Below are positions 29,260 to 38,104 of a DNA stretch of 64,000 bases, one piece after another. Each line of letters begins with the position of its first letter. The first letter of the stretch is position 1. The position numbers and the translations under genes are program-made. This DNA is from Patescibacteria group bacterium. Its GTDB lineage: Bacteria > Patescibacteriota > CPR2 > UBA1875. The notes under the pieces were generated by a model, which searched no databases, was not told the DNA's origin, and was given only the letters and a program-made list of their open reading frames with translations. The stretch lies in NCBI GenBank assembly GCA_041737595.1, contig JBGSRK010000011.1, positions 2,658 through 66,657 of the forward strand, in the 5' to 3' direction.

Positions 29260-31080
29260 ATGAAAGAAAATAAAAATTCTGAGACAATTCAAGATCCTAG
29301 TTCAGAAGAAACAACTGATCTAAAAACTACAATAAGCTCAATTGAACTAGAACCAGGGGATTTATTAAAAACTGATCATAATTTTATAAAATTTACGCCC
29401 GATAATTCGGAAATTAATGAACAAGAAATAGAACGGCTAAGACTATTGATATCTCACCCTGAATATAATGAGCCTACAGGTAAAAAAGCTGAAGATATTG
29501 AAAAGTTAAGTTCACTCCAAATATTAAAAAGTCTTAGAAAACTTGGAAGGGGGCTCGATACTAGCCAGGGGTTTATGTATCAAGAAGATATTTGGGGGAG
29601 AGATAGAGTAATTACTGCAATTGATACACTTTCGACCGAACCAGAAATTGCTCTAGAAACAATTAAGACCTTAGCTGAAATTCAAGGGACAAAAGTAAAT
29701 AAAAAATCAGAAGAAGAGCCAGGTAGAATTCATGATGAAAATAAAAATATAGATAGATGGCCAGCACCGCCCTTAGTAAAGTTACCATTTAGAACAATAA
29801 TCTCACCTCTATGGGGGGGCAATTCAAAAGAATATACAATGTATTTTTCTGGAGATACAACCCCTCTATATATCTCATTAGTACATGAATATTTTGAGAA
29901 AGTAGATTCAAATATTTTAGATCAAGAGATTATTGATAAAGATGGAAAGCAAAAGAATGTAGGGGAATCAGTTAAACAAGCGGTTGGCTGGATATCTAGC
30001 CATTTAAATAATGATGGGCTTGTTGAAATCCCGAAGACAAATATTTTTAGTATTTTATTTCAAACCTGGAGAGATGGAATTTATTCAAACCCTGATGAAA
30101 AAGGTAGGTTACCAAATATTTTAGAACCAATAGTGTATTTAGATATCCAAGCTTTATCAGCTCAAGCATATAATCATGCAGCCGAAATGGTTTCAAATAA
30201 TAATGAAGAATCTGATTTACTCCGAGAAAAAGCAAAAAGATTAATAGATGTTACTGTAAAAGAAATGTGGATGGAGGATGAGCAATTTTTTTCTATTGGA
30301 TTTGATAAAGATGAAAAAGGTAATAATAGATTACTAAGGACAATTCAATCAAATGCTGGTTGGTTATTAAATACAGATTTTTTTGACGAACTATCTGAAG
30401 GTGAACGCAAAAAGTATATTAGTGGTATAATTACAAAATTATTTTCAGATGAGTTTTTAACTGATGTGGGGATTAGAACAAGGTCTGTCAGACATGCAGA
30501 TGATAGAAGCACAGCTGATTATCACGGAAGTTTAGTTTCATGGCCAGTAGATACTTATATGTTTGCAAAAGGGTTAAGAAGACAAGGTTTCCCTGATTTA
30601 GCGACTCAATTGGAAAATAGGATTATTAATGCGGTAAATATGGCAGGTAAAACCGAAGAATTTTTCATTATTGATAAAAATGGGAAAGTTATCATAGATG
30701 TAGAAGAGGCAACCAAAAAAGATAATACCGAAGATATTATAGCTATAGAAAGAATACCTGAAAAAAATATTGCTTGGACTACAACTGCTGTAGCAGCCTC
30801 AAAAAGACAAAAAGGTAAAGAATTTAGACAGCCAAAAAAAGAGATTGAATCAGATCAGTGGAAAATTGATTTACAATCTGAGATACTAAAAAATATAAAA
30901 CAAATTGATGTATATAAATCACGTGAAGAAGTTGCAAAGAATTTTTTTGAGCAACCAAATACTAAGGTAGATCCATTAAAGGGGATGTTAAATTCTATTA
31001 AAGATTTAACCTCGCAGATGTCTAGGGAATTATTTCCAAATAAATTAAGAAAGATTTTAAGAGAAAAGTTTAAGAAGTAA
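29260..31080 (+). CDS. Amylo-alpha-1,6-glucosidase / glycogen-debranching-like glycoside hydrolase
   Basis: WGRD, EEEPGRIHDE, DTTPLY, TWRDG, GIRT, YHGSLVSWP. Confidence 0.8.
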   Translation: MKENKNSETIQDPSSEETTDLKTTISSIELEPGDLLKTDHNFIKFTPDNSEINEQEIERLRLLISHPEYNEPTGKKAEDIEKLSSLQILKSLRKLGRGLDTSQGFMYQEDIWGRDRVITAIDTLSTEPEIALETIKTLAEIQGTKVNKKSEEEPGRIHDENKNIDRWPAPPLVKLPFRTIISPLWGGNSKEYTMYFSGDTTPLYISLVHEYFEKVDSNILDQEIIDKDGKQKNVGESVKQAVGWISSHLNNDGLVEIPKTNIFSILFQTWRDGIYSNPDEKGRLPNILEPIVYLDIQALSAQAYNHAAEMVSNNNEESDLLREKAKRLIDVTVKEMWMEDEQFFSIGFDKDEKGNNRLLRTIQSNAGWLLNTDFFDELSEGERKKYISGIITKLFSDEFLTDVGIRTRSVRHADDRSTADYHGSLVSWPVDTYMFAKGLRRQGFPDLATQLENRIINAVNMAGKTEEFFIIDKNGKVIIDVEEATKKDNTEDIIAIERIPEKNIAWTTTAVAASKRQKGKEFRQPKKEIESDQWKIDLQSEILKNIKQIDVYKSREEVAKNFFEQPNTKVDPLKGMLNSIKDLTSQMSRELFPNKLRKILREKFKK

Positions 31081-31114
31081 TACTAATTATTTTAAACTAT
31101 AATGTTAAAAATAA

Positions 31115-31390
31115 TTAGTCAATATCTATTTTAATAGCTTTACCATTTACAATTGCATCGCTAATTTTTTTATATGCGGAAGATAATATTCTTTGAAAAG
31201 TACTTTGTGAAGTATCCATAATTTTTGCGGCTTCAGTTTGGTCTAATTTATTATTATTTTTAAGTCTTAAGGCTTCAACTTCTTCATGTGTTAATTCTAT
31301 AATTTCAAGATCCCTCAAAGGTACACCCTTAGGTTTAAAAAATGTTATAGAAGGTTTATATAAAATATTTCTGCATTTTCTTGGTCTCAT
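31115..31390 (-). CDS. DUF134 domain HTH protein
   Basis: RPRKCR, FKPKGVP, EALRL, Q.EAA..M..SQSTFQRIL. Confidence 0.9.
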   Translation of the reverse strand: MRPRKCRNILYKPSITFFKPKGVPLRDLEIIELTHEEVEALRLKNNNKLDQTEAAKIMDTSQSTFQRILSSAYKKISDAIVNGKAIKIDID

Positions 31391-31464
31391 CAATTTTCCT
31401 TTATCTGTTATAATTATTTTGCGGGTCGCTCCTCATCGATTATATCGACAAGGAGCGGCTCTGT

Positions 31465-31698
31465 CTATTTTACAGAAAGTTCTGTAACTCTTTCTTTAAC
31501 AGCTTTAAGGTCTGCTTCGAGTAGTTCTTGGCTTTCTTTGAGCTCTTCTAACTCCTCATTTTTAGAGAGATAGTTTCTTCCAAAACCATATCCCCTAAAA
31601 CATCCTCGTCCGCCATATTGACCCTTACCACATGGGCCAAAACCACGTCCAGTTTGTGGACCTTGTCCTTGTGGACCTGTTCCATCATATTTAGGCAT
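31465..31698 (-). CDS. DUF5320 family small protein
   Basis: MP..DGTGP.G.GP.TGRG.GPC and C-terminal coiled coil. Confidence 0.85.
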   Translation of the reverse strand: MPKYDGTGPQGQGPQTGRGFGPCGKGQYGGRGCFRGYGFGRNYLSKNEELEELKESQELLEADLKAVKERVTELSVK

Positions 31699-31822
31699 AA
31701 TAGACTCCTTCCTTTGTTATTTATTACCTCACTTATGAGTATATACCCATAATCCAATAAAGTCAATAACATTATACACAAATATTTCTTTAAACTTAAA
31801 AATTTATGATAAAATATGATAT

Positions 31823-32569
31823 ATGAATAATATTTTACTAGAAGCAATTATAGCTACATTAATTATCAGTGCATTTTCTCTTGTAGGTGTTTTTAGTTTT
31901 GCAATAGGTGATAAAATTCTCAAAAAAATTACTATATTTCTAGTTGCATTTTCTACTGGTGCTCTATTAGGTGGAGCATTTTTCCATCTTCTTCCTGAAG
32001 CAATAACTGGAGGGGATGATTTAAAACCATTTATTTATCTTTTATTCGGAATAATTATTTTTTATTTAATGGAAAGACTTTTAAAATGGCATCATTGTCA
32101 TGAAGAAGAAGATTGCGAAATTCATACATTTACCTATATGAGTCTTTTTGGTGACGGTGTCCATAATTTTATTGATGGCCTTGTAATAGTATCTGCTTTT
32201 CATATTAGCAGGGAACTTGGTTTTGCAACGACAATTGCAATTGCGGCTCACGAAATACCTCAAGAATTTGGTGATTTTGGAGTTTTAATCCATGGTGGAT
32301 TCTCTAGGATAAAGGCACTTATGTGGAACTTATTGTCTGCTCTTACTGCAGTTGTTGGGGCAATAGTTGGGTATCTTATGATCTCGAATATAGAAAATTT
32401 TTCATTAGTTCTTTTACCATTTGCCGCTGGAGGTTTTATTTATATTTCAATGTCAGACCTAATACCTGAATTACACAAAGAAAACAATTTAATAAAATCA
32501 CTTATTAATTTCTTAATATTTGTACTTGGTCTTGGGTTTATGTATCTGGTAAAAATTATTTCAGGATAG
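31823..32569 (+). CDS. ZIP family metal transporter
   Basis: HLLPEA, WHHCH, DGVHNFIDG, HEIPQEFGDFG. Confidence 0.95.
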   Translation: MNNILLEAIIATLIISAFSLVGVFSFAIGDKILKKITIFLVAFSTGALLGGAFFHLLPEAITGGDDLKPFIYLLFGIIIFYLMERLLKWHHCHEEEDCEIHTFTYMSLFGDGVHNFIDGLVIVSAFHISRELGFATTIAIAAHEIPQEFGDFGVLIHGGFSRIKALMWNLLSALTAVVGAIVGYLMISNIENFSLVLLPFAAGGFIYISMSDLIPELHKENNLIKSLINFLIFVLGLGFMYLVKIISG

Positions 32570-32574
32570 TCATA

Positions 32575-32883
32575 TTATTTTATAAAAATCAGTATTGTAA
32601 GTCCTAAGACAGTATATAAACCAAGCCAGCTAATACTATAAATAGCTGATTTTATACTTTCACTCTTATTTTTATCTAGAAATAAAATAACTGATTGACC
32701 TAAAATAAGTCCTCCAACAACAGCTGCTGAAAAAGAAAAAAGCAGTAAAATTACAAATGGTGTCATAGAATTATTTTTTCCAAACCAATTTTCTCCATGT
32801 ACCATAACTTGAGATACTAAAAAAATATATATGACAGCTAAAGCAGAATTTCTAAATGTTTTTAATAATAATATTTTATCCAT
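32575..32883 (-). CDS. Small membrane protein (3 TM)
   Basis: Hydrophobic ORF with TATAAT 6 nt upstream of ATG. Confidence 0.7.
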   Translation of the reverse strand: MDKILLLKTFRNSALAVIYIFLVSQVMVHGENWFGKNNSMTPFVILLLFSFSAAVVGGLILGQSVILFLDKNKSESIKSAIYSISWLGLYTVLGLTILIFIK

Positions 32884-33069
32884 ATAATAATTATAACATT
32901 TTAGTTAAATAATTAATGAGATAGTTTTAATAAATATCAGAATAGAGCGTAGTTAAAAAAGTGTAGAACCTTTACCATTTTGTTTTAGATACATATATGT
33001 TGAAGGCCGCCTCACAGCGGACGACCTTCAAGAAGGATCCGATATAGACGGCCTTTGTTTGTAGCGGAG

Positions 33070-33522
33070 CTACCCAAGCTCCAATGTGAATGTGAGGTTG
33101 GCGTCGACGTCGTAGCCTTCAGCAACCTTTTGCAGGATTGCAACTGCTTCAGTACAGTCGATGAACCCCTCAGAACCTACGTCCCACAGAGACTGATGAG
33201 GCCCATGCTTCTCTATCTCTTGTGGCGCGTAATAGTCCTCCAGGATGTTAACCACCTCATCCATGATGCTTGGAGGTATGTTCCAAATGCGTGGCGTGAT
33301 AGAGATTATGGCAGTGTTGTCACAGATATCCTTCCAAGCAGTCAGAACGCCTTGGGCCAAAATTACCGCGGTCTTGACCTCAATTGACCCCGACACTGTG
33401 AGTTCATAACACTCGGCGATGTCTTTGATATCAGACACTTCGTCAAGTTTGACCCCCAGTGAGTCGGCGACTCCCAACACTATCTCGCGCAACTGCCTTA
33501 GCCTCTTCGGAATAATCGGCAT
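33070..33522 (-). CDS. Hypothetical protein (GC-rich)
   Basis: GGAGGA SD before ATG at 33522; TTTACA-17-TATACT promoter near 33598-33626; markedly higher GC than flanks. Confidence 0.65.
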   Translation of the reverse strand: MPIIPKRLRQLREIVLGVADSLGVKLDEVSDIKDIAECYELTVSGSIEVKTAVILAQGVLTAWKDICDNTAIISITPRIWNIPPSIMDEVVNILEDYYAPQEIEKHGPHQSLWDVGSEGFIDCTEAVAILQKVAEGYDVDANLTFTLELG

Positions 33523-33756
33523 CAAAATCTCCTCCCAGGTTCTAGATTTAGAGTGGCAACGATCTTTTATTGCTTTACTCTTATCTTCAATGGTAGCAGT
33601 ATACAAAAAATATTTTAGATTGTAAATAATAATATCCATATTGTGGCCCAATAAAGCCAAATTAGTTGATAATAGCAGACCTGTCTCGCAAAGATCAAAG
33701 AGTGAAATATGGAAGAAGTTTGGGAATTGTTTAATGTTTTTTGATATAATTATCTT

Positions 33757-33987
33757 ATGAAAAGAATTAAAATATTTTGCTCTAATTGTAATATTCAACT
33801 CTATTCATATAATAAAGATATTCGAGGCCATCTAATTAAATGCTATAAAGATATGATTATTAAGGATTTTACTAACCAGGGTTTAAAATGTCCCAATTGT
33901 GATCAAAAATTTGCAAGAGAGGCCTTATATCATAACCGGCCAGCAAATAAGATTATTCAAGGTAAGGTATTTACAAAAGGGGCTTAA
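33757..33987 (+). CDS. Small Cys-rich (zinc-finger-like) protein
   Basis: CSNC...LIKC...CPNC; TATAAT 6 nt upstream of ATG. Confidence 0.65.
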   Translation: MKRIKIFCSNCNIQLYSYNKDIRGHLIKCYKDMIIKDFTNQGLKCPNCDQKFAREALYHNRPANKIIQGKVFTKGA

Positions 33988-34069
33988 GAACTTCTATAAA
34001 AGCTATAAAGTAATTATTGTCGATATAATTGTTTTTATATAGCAGAAAGCCCCGTAGAGGCGGCTTTCG

Positions 34070-35023
34070 CTAGTTCTCTTGCGGGGCTTGTGGGATGACA
34101 CGAGGTGATTCGACTGTACGATTCTCTAGCCAGTTGGCGGCCGAGTCGAAATCAGAGAAGTCGCAGACGGCTGTGTGTTTGTATGCTTCTTCCTGACTTT
34201 GAACATCTGGTGGAACGTTGTTGTAGTCAACTACGATGAAGCGGTCTCCGACGACATTGACGTGTCCGTAGGTCCAGTATCTTCCTCCAGCTACAAAGTA
34301 GACAGCATGTCTATACTCACTAATGTGCCAGTAACCAATTTCAGTACAGTCTCTTTCTAAAACCGAGACTTTCGGGACTGTAGCTGCCTGAATTTCTTCC
34401 TCAGTAACCTCGTACATTCGTCGTTGTTTAGTCCACGGGAACTCTTTCCAATGAGCTAACAGCGTCTCTCGTTCTTCAGCCCTAATTTCCTCCCGAGCCA
34501 CATATTGATCTACCCCAAAGTGCTTGCGGTGAATTGGGATCGGAAAGCCATCGGCGATGCGATTGAGACCAAGGTTCGTTAGGTCGGTGTCCACCATAAC
34601 ATCGAGTCCTTGATGGTGGAAGTGTGCAGCGAATTTGTCGACACAGTCAGCTTCATGGAACCCAGCGATCACCACCTTACCCAACTCTCCTTGTATTTGA
34701 TTCTGCACGAAGGCTGGGTCGGCGTAGATCTCCTGATCCAGTTGGTCTCGCGTGATGCCTGAAGCCAGGAACCCATCAGTTGGATATATATTCACGTGAG
34801 TTGTAATCCAGCGAAGATCTGGTTCTAGTGTGTTGTCTGGTTCTGAAAACAGCAACCAGAGTACTTTGAATCCTCTTTGTCTATAACGAACATCGATAAG
34901 CGAGTCGAAGTAGGGGAATACGTATTTGCAGCATTCAGGAGAGCCAAGAGAGAAGCCAAGGTCTTTCTGTTCATGTTCGAAGTACCTCATGTCTGGGTAC
35001 ACGAACAAAAGGATGTCTTGCAT
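34070..35023 (-). CDS. Hypothetical protein (GC-rich), N-terminal cysteine-hydrolase-like motif
   Basis: AAGGAGG SD; VVIAGFHEADCV...GLDVMVDTDLT resembles the isochorismatase catalytic segment. Confidence 0.7.
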   Translation of the reverse strand: MQDILLFVYPDMRYFEHEQKDLGFSLGSPECCKYVFPYFDSLIDVRYRQRGFKVLWLLFSEPDNTLEPDLRWITTHVNIYPTDGFLASGITRDQLDQEIYADPAFVQNQIQGELGKVVIAGFHEADCVDKFAAHFHHQGLDVMVDTDLTNLGLNRIADGFPIPIHRKHFGVDQYVAREEIRAEERETLLAHWKEFPWTKQRRMYEVTEEEIQAATVPKVSVLERDCTEIGYWHISEYRHAVYFVAGGRYWTYGHVNVVGDRFIVVDYNNVPPDVQSQEEAYKHTAVCDFSDFDSAANWLENRTVESPRVIPQAPQEN

Positions 35024-35061
35024 CGTGTACCTCCTTAGAAGGTGCGGGATTTACAGGGTTG

Positions 35062-35091
35062 AATTGTATACTAAAATATAGAAAATGTCAA
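35062..35091 (-). promoter_or_regulatory. Sigma70-type promoter of the 35023 gene
   Basis: TTGACA-17 nt-TACAAT on the minus strand. Confidence 0.75.
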
Positions 35092-35252
35092 TGAAATGTT
35101 AATGGTTATTATATTTAAAAAACCCATATAAAGCCATAAAGTAAGTATTAGTGGAGTGTAGTGGGGTATATGTGGTACTTACATTATTCTAGTTGTATCC
35201 AATAATAGGAGGTATACTCTAATTAGGTAGTATTTTAATAAAGGATTTAATT

Positions 35253-35447
35253 ATGACTAATTTAGAAGAAATTAAAAGAAAAGAAGCCCGTCAGCAAAAA
35301 GTTATTTCTATGCTTCGTCAAAAAAACGCCAAACTAGATCATAAAATGGCCGATATTCAAGGGGAAGAGACACGTTTACAGCAACAGATAGATACTGAAA
35401 TTAAAAAATTGGAAGCAATTCAACGGTCTGCACAAAATAATATGTAA
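35253..35447 (+). CDS. Small coiled-coil protein
   Basis: 64-aa Q/E/K-rich heptad pattern; AAGGA SD. Confidence 0.65.
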   Translation: MTNLEEIKRKEARQQKVISMLRQKNAKLDHKMADIQGEETRLQQQIDTEIKKLEAIQRSAQNNM

Positions 35448-35475
35448 TGTTTTAACTAAATAAAAAATTAAACAT

Positions 35476-35862
35476 TGGTGGAGCTGGCGGGAATTGAACC
35501 CGCGTCCGAAAGCAAAAACAAAATAAATTTAGCAACCATACTTAGCTCTGTTGTTTTAGATACAGACTAAAGAACCAAGAAAAAATCTATATCCTATTTC
35601 TTATGTCTTAGACGTGATTAAGAAAATCACACGTAGCAGTCCGAAAATATAACACCTCGAACTCCCTATCGGACGTCAGGGGCGAGATGGTTGTATGCGA
35701 TTAGGCTACAACTGGTGCAAAAGTAGGCATGCTGAAAGCAGCTTTTACTTTTGCGGCAAGTGAGTTTACACTTGTTGTTTAACGCATTGAATAACGCGGA
35801 TACGTTACCGCGGATTGCATTATTTTGTTTTTAATGTACCTTCGTCGAAGCCTGGCAGCCCC
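35476..35862 (-). ncRNA. ssrA: tmRNA
   Basis: 5' GGGGCTG..AGG.TTCGAC and 3' GGACGCGGGTTCAATTCCCGCCAGCTCCACCA; internal tag frame; smpB 1.5 kb away. Confidence 0.96.
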
Positions 35863-36040
35863 TTCGTCAGCGCAAGCTAACGATAATCGCAACTAAAGTT
35901 ACTTTTATCTCCCACTGCGCTTCCTCTTAAATCAAAATAAACAGATTTTGATTTGTAAGACAAGAAGGATTTTAGCACAAATAAGGTTATTTTTCAATTA
36001 TGTCTGGTACGATAAATTTATATTTTGTATAATAATAAGT

Positions 36041-37360
36041 ATGAAGATAGCTATATTTACTGATACATATTCACCTGAAATAAACGGGATTGTTACAAGT
36101 ATTACAAACTTTACTACAAGAATGGCTAAGCGTGGGCATAAGATTTATATATTTTGTCCAAAATATGATAGAAAAAAGGATATCCCTCAAAAAAATATAG
36201 AAGTTTATAGATATATTTCCTTTAGTTTTGCTACAAATAAAAATACTAAATTAGCCTTTCCTTCACTTTTTACTATTGTAAATAAACTAGATGAAATTAA
36301 GCCGGATATTATTCATTCGCAAACACCAATGAACATAGGTATGACAGGGGTAATGGCAGCAAAAATCCTTAAAATCCCTAATATTCAGACTTATCATACA
36401 TATATTCCAGATTTTATGGTTTATCTTTCTCCTAAAAAGCTTCTTGGAATTGATGGTTTTTATGAACAAATTAGAGATTCAAAAGTTTTAAGATCAATAT
36501 ATCAAACTAGAGCATTTAGAAAAATTATTAAAACGAGAAAGAATTTAAATGAAAGTGAATTTTCTAAAAATCTTGAAAAGGCATTTAAAACTCAAAAAAG
36601 AGTAAAAAGGTTTGATCTAACAGAAAGATTTGCTTGGGATTTTACTAGGTTTTTATATGGTAGAGCTGACCTTGTTCTTGCTCCTTCAAATGCACTTGTG
36701 ACTTCTCTTAAAAAACACAAACTTAAAGCACCTGCGGAATTCCAAAGTAATGGGATTGAATATAATTATTTCCCTAAAAAAACAAATTATCTAATCCACC
36801 AAAAGATAGTTCATGTTGGAAGATTAGGGCTAGAAAAAGATGTCGATATTGTTATAAAGGCAATTAACATTTTGAGAAAGGATTATCCTAATATAAAGCT
36901 TGATATTGTTGGGGATGGACCAGCCAGACAGTCTTTGGAAAAATTAGTAAAAAAACTCAAATTAGAAAATAATGTAAAATTTTTAGGTTTTGTCCCTCGA
37001 AGTAAAATAAGAACCAAATTGAAGTCTTATGATTTTTTTGCAACAGCCTCAGCAATAGAAACCCAAGGTTTGGTTATCCTTGAGGCAATGGCTGCAGGTC
37101 TCCCGGCAATTGGGGTTAAAAAACTCGCAGTTCCCGAGATTGTAATAAATGATAAATCTGGTTATCTTGCTAAACCCAAAAATCCTAAATCATTTGCAGA
37201 AAAAATGAGATTACTATTACAATCAAAGAAAAAAAATAAACGCTTAGGCACTGGGGCAATGGAAGTAGCACTTTCTCATCATATTTATGGTGAAGTCGAA
37301 AAACTTGAGAATTATTATTCAGAAACTGTTTTTAAATATTTAAACAAAAAAAGATCATAG
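36041..37360 (+). CDS. GT4 glycosyltransferase (glycolipid synthase-like)
   Basis: FTDTYSPEINGIVTS, VGRLGLEK, ETQGLVILEAMAAG. Confidence 0.9.
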   Translation: MKIAIFTDTYSPEINGIVTSITNFTTRMAKRGHKIYIFCPKYDRKKDIPQKNIEVYRYISFSFATNKNTKLAFPSLFTIVNKLDEIKPDIIHSQTPMNIGMTGVMAAKILKIPNIQTYHTYIPDFMVYLSPKKLLGIDGFYEQIRDSKVLRSIYQTRAFRKIIKTRKNLNESEFSKNLEKAFKTQKRVKRFDLTERFAWDFTRFLYGRADLVLAPSNALVTSLKKHKLKAPAEFQSNGIEYNYFPKKTNYLIHQKIVHVGRLGLEKDVDIVIKAINILRKDYPNIKLDIVGDGPARQSLEKLVKKLKLENNVKFLGFVPRSKIRTKLKSYDFFATASAIETQGLVILEAMAAGLPAIGVKKLAVPEIVINDKSGYLAKPKNPKSFAEKMRLLLQSKKKNKRLGTGAMEVALSHHIYGEVEKLENYYSETVFKYLNKKRS

Positions 37361-37801
37361 CTATTTTTTTAAAGCTCTTTTGATATCTCGTTCTTGTTCT
37401 CTTTTCTTAATCGTTTCACGTTTATCATATCTTTTTTTACCTTTACCGAGACCTATTTCAACTTTTATCAAGTTATTCTTTGAATAAATTTTAAGAGGGA
37501 TTAGGGTATTGCCTTCAGCTTGGGCCTTTCCAATTAATTTTATTATCTCAGATTTTTTTAAGAGAAGTTTTCTTGATCTTGTTGGATTATAATCTGTGTT
37601 TAGAGCTGGTTTATATGGAGAAATATGAGCATTAGTTAAATATAATTCGCCCTGTTTTGTTGTTGCGAATGATTCTTTTATACTAATCTGACCAGCACGG
37701 ACAGATTTAACTTCTGGCCCAGTAAGCATAATACCAGCCTCATATTCTTCTAAAATTTCATAATTGAATCTAGCTTTTTTATTCTCTGCAAATATTTTCA
37801 T
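37361..37801 (-). CDS. smpB: SsrA-binding protein
   Basis: NKKARFNY, G.EVKS.R, RKLLL, GKK.YDKRE. Confidence 0.98.
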   Translation of the reverse strand: MKIFAENKKARFNYEILEEYEAGIMLTGPEVKSVRAGQISIKESFATTKQGELYLTNAHISPYKPALNTDYNPTRSRKLLLKKSEIIKLIGKAQAEGNTLIPLKIYSKNNLIKVEIGLGKGKKRYDKRETIKKREQERDIKRALKK

Positions 37802-37854
37802 ATATTTATTATACTTTACCTTATGCCTATTAGTATAATTATATCTTTCAATTT

Positions 37855-38003
37855 GAGACAGTTGAAAAACGTTTTTCTAATGTCATTGCGAGCCTGCGAA
37901 GCAATCTTTTTCGTACTTAGGGGTTAGATTGCCACGTCGTGAACTCCCTGCCTGCCGGCAGGCAGGCTCGCAATGACGTTTCGGGGAGTTTTTCAACAGT
38001 CTC
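37855..38003. mobile_element. MITE-like element, copy 1
   Basis: TIRs gagacagttgaaaaac / gtttttcaacagtctc; exact 10-bp flanking direct repeat ctttcaattt; second copy at 56738. Confidence 0.8.
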
Positions 38004-38104
38004 CTTTCAATTTATGTACTTCACATTAGCGAAGCATAAGCTTTATTATGTTATTTTGGAGATATTTAAATGACAATAAAGTTAAAATCAAGTATAATAT
38101 CGTT

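Noticed and set aside
33523-33798. N-terminal 92 aa of the 242-aa ORF in the track
   Set aside because: AT-rich, contains the gene's own promoter and overlaps the opposite-strand gene; the SD supports ATG 33522
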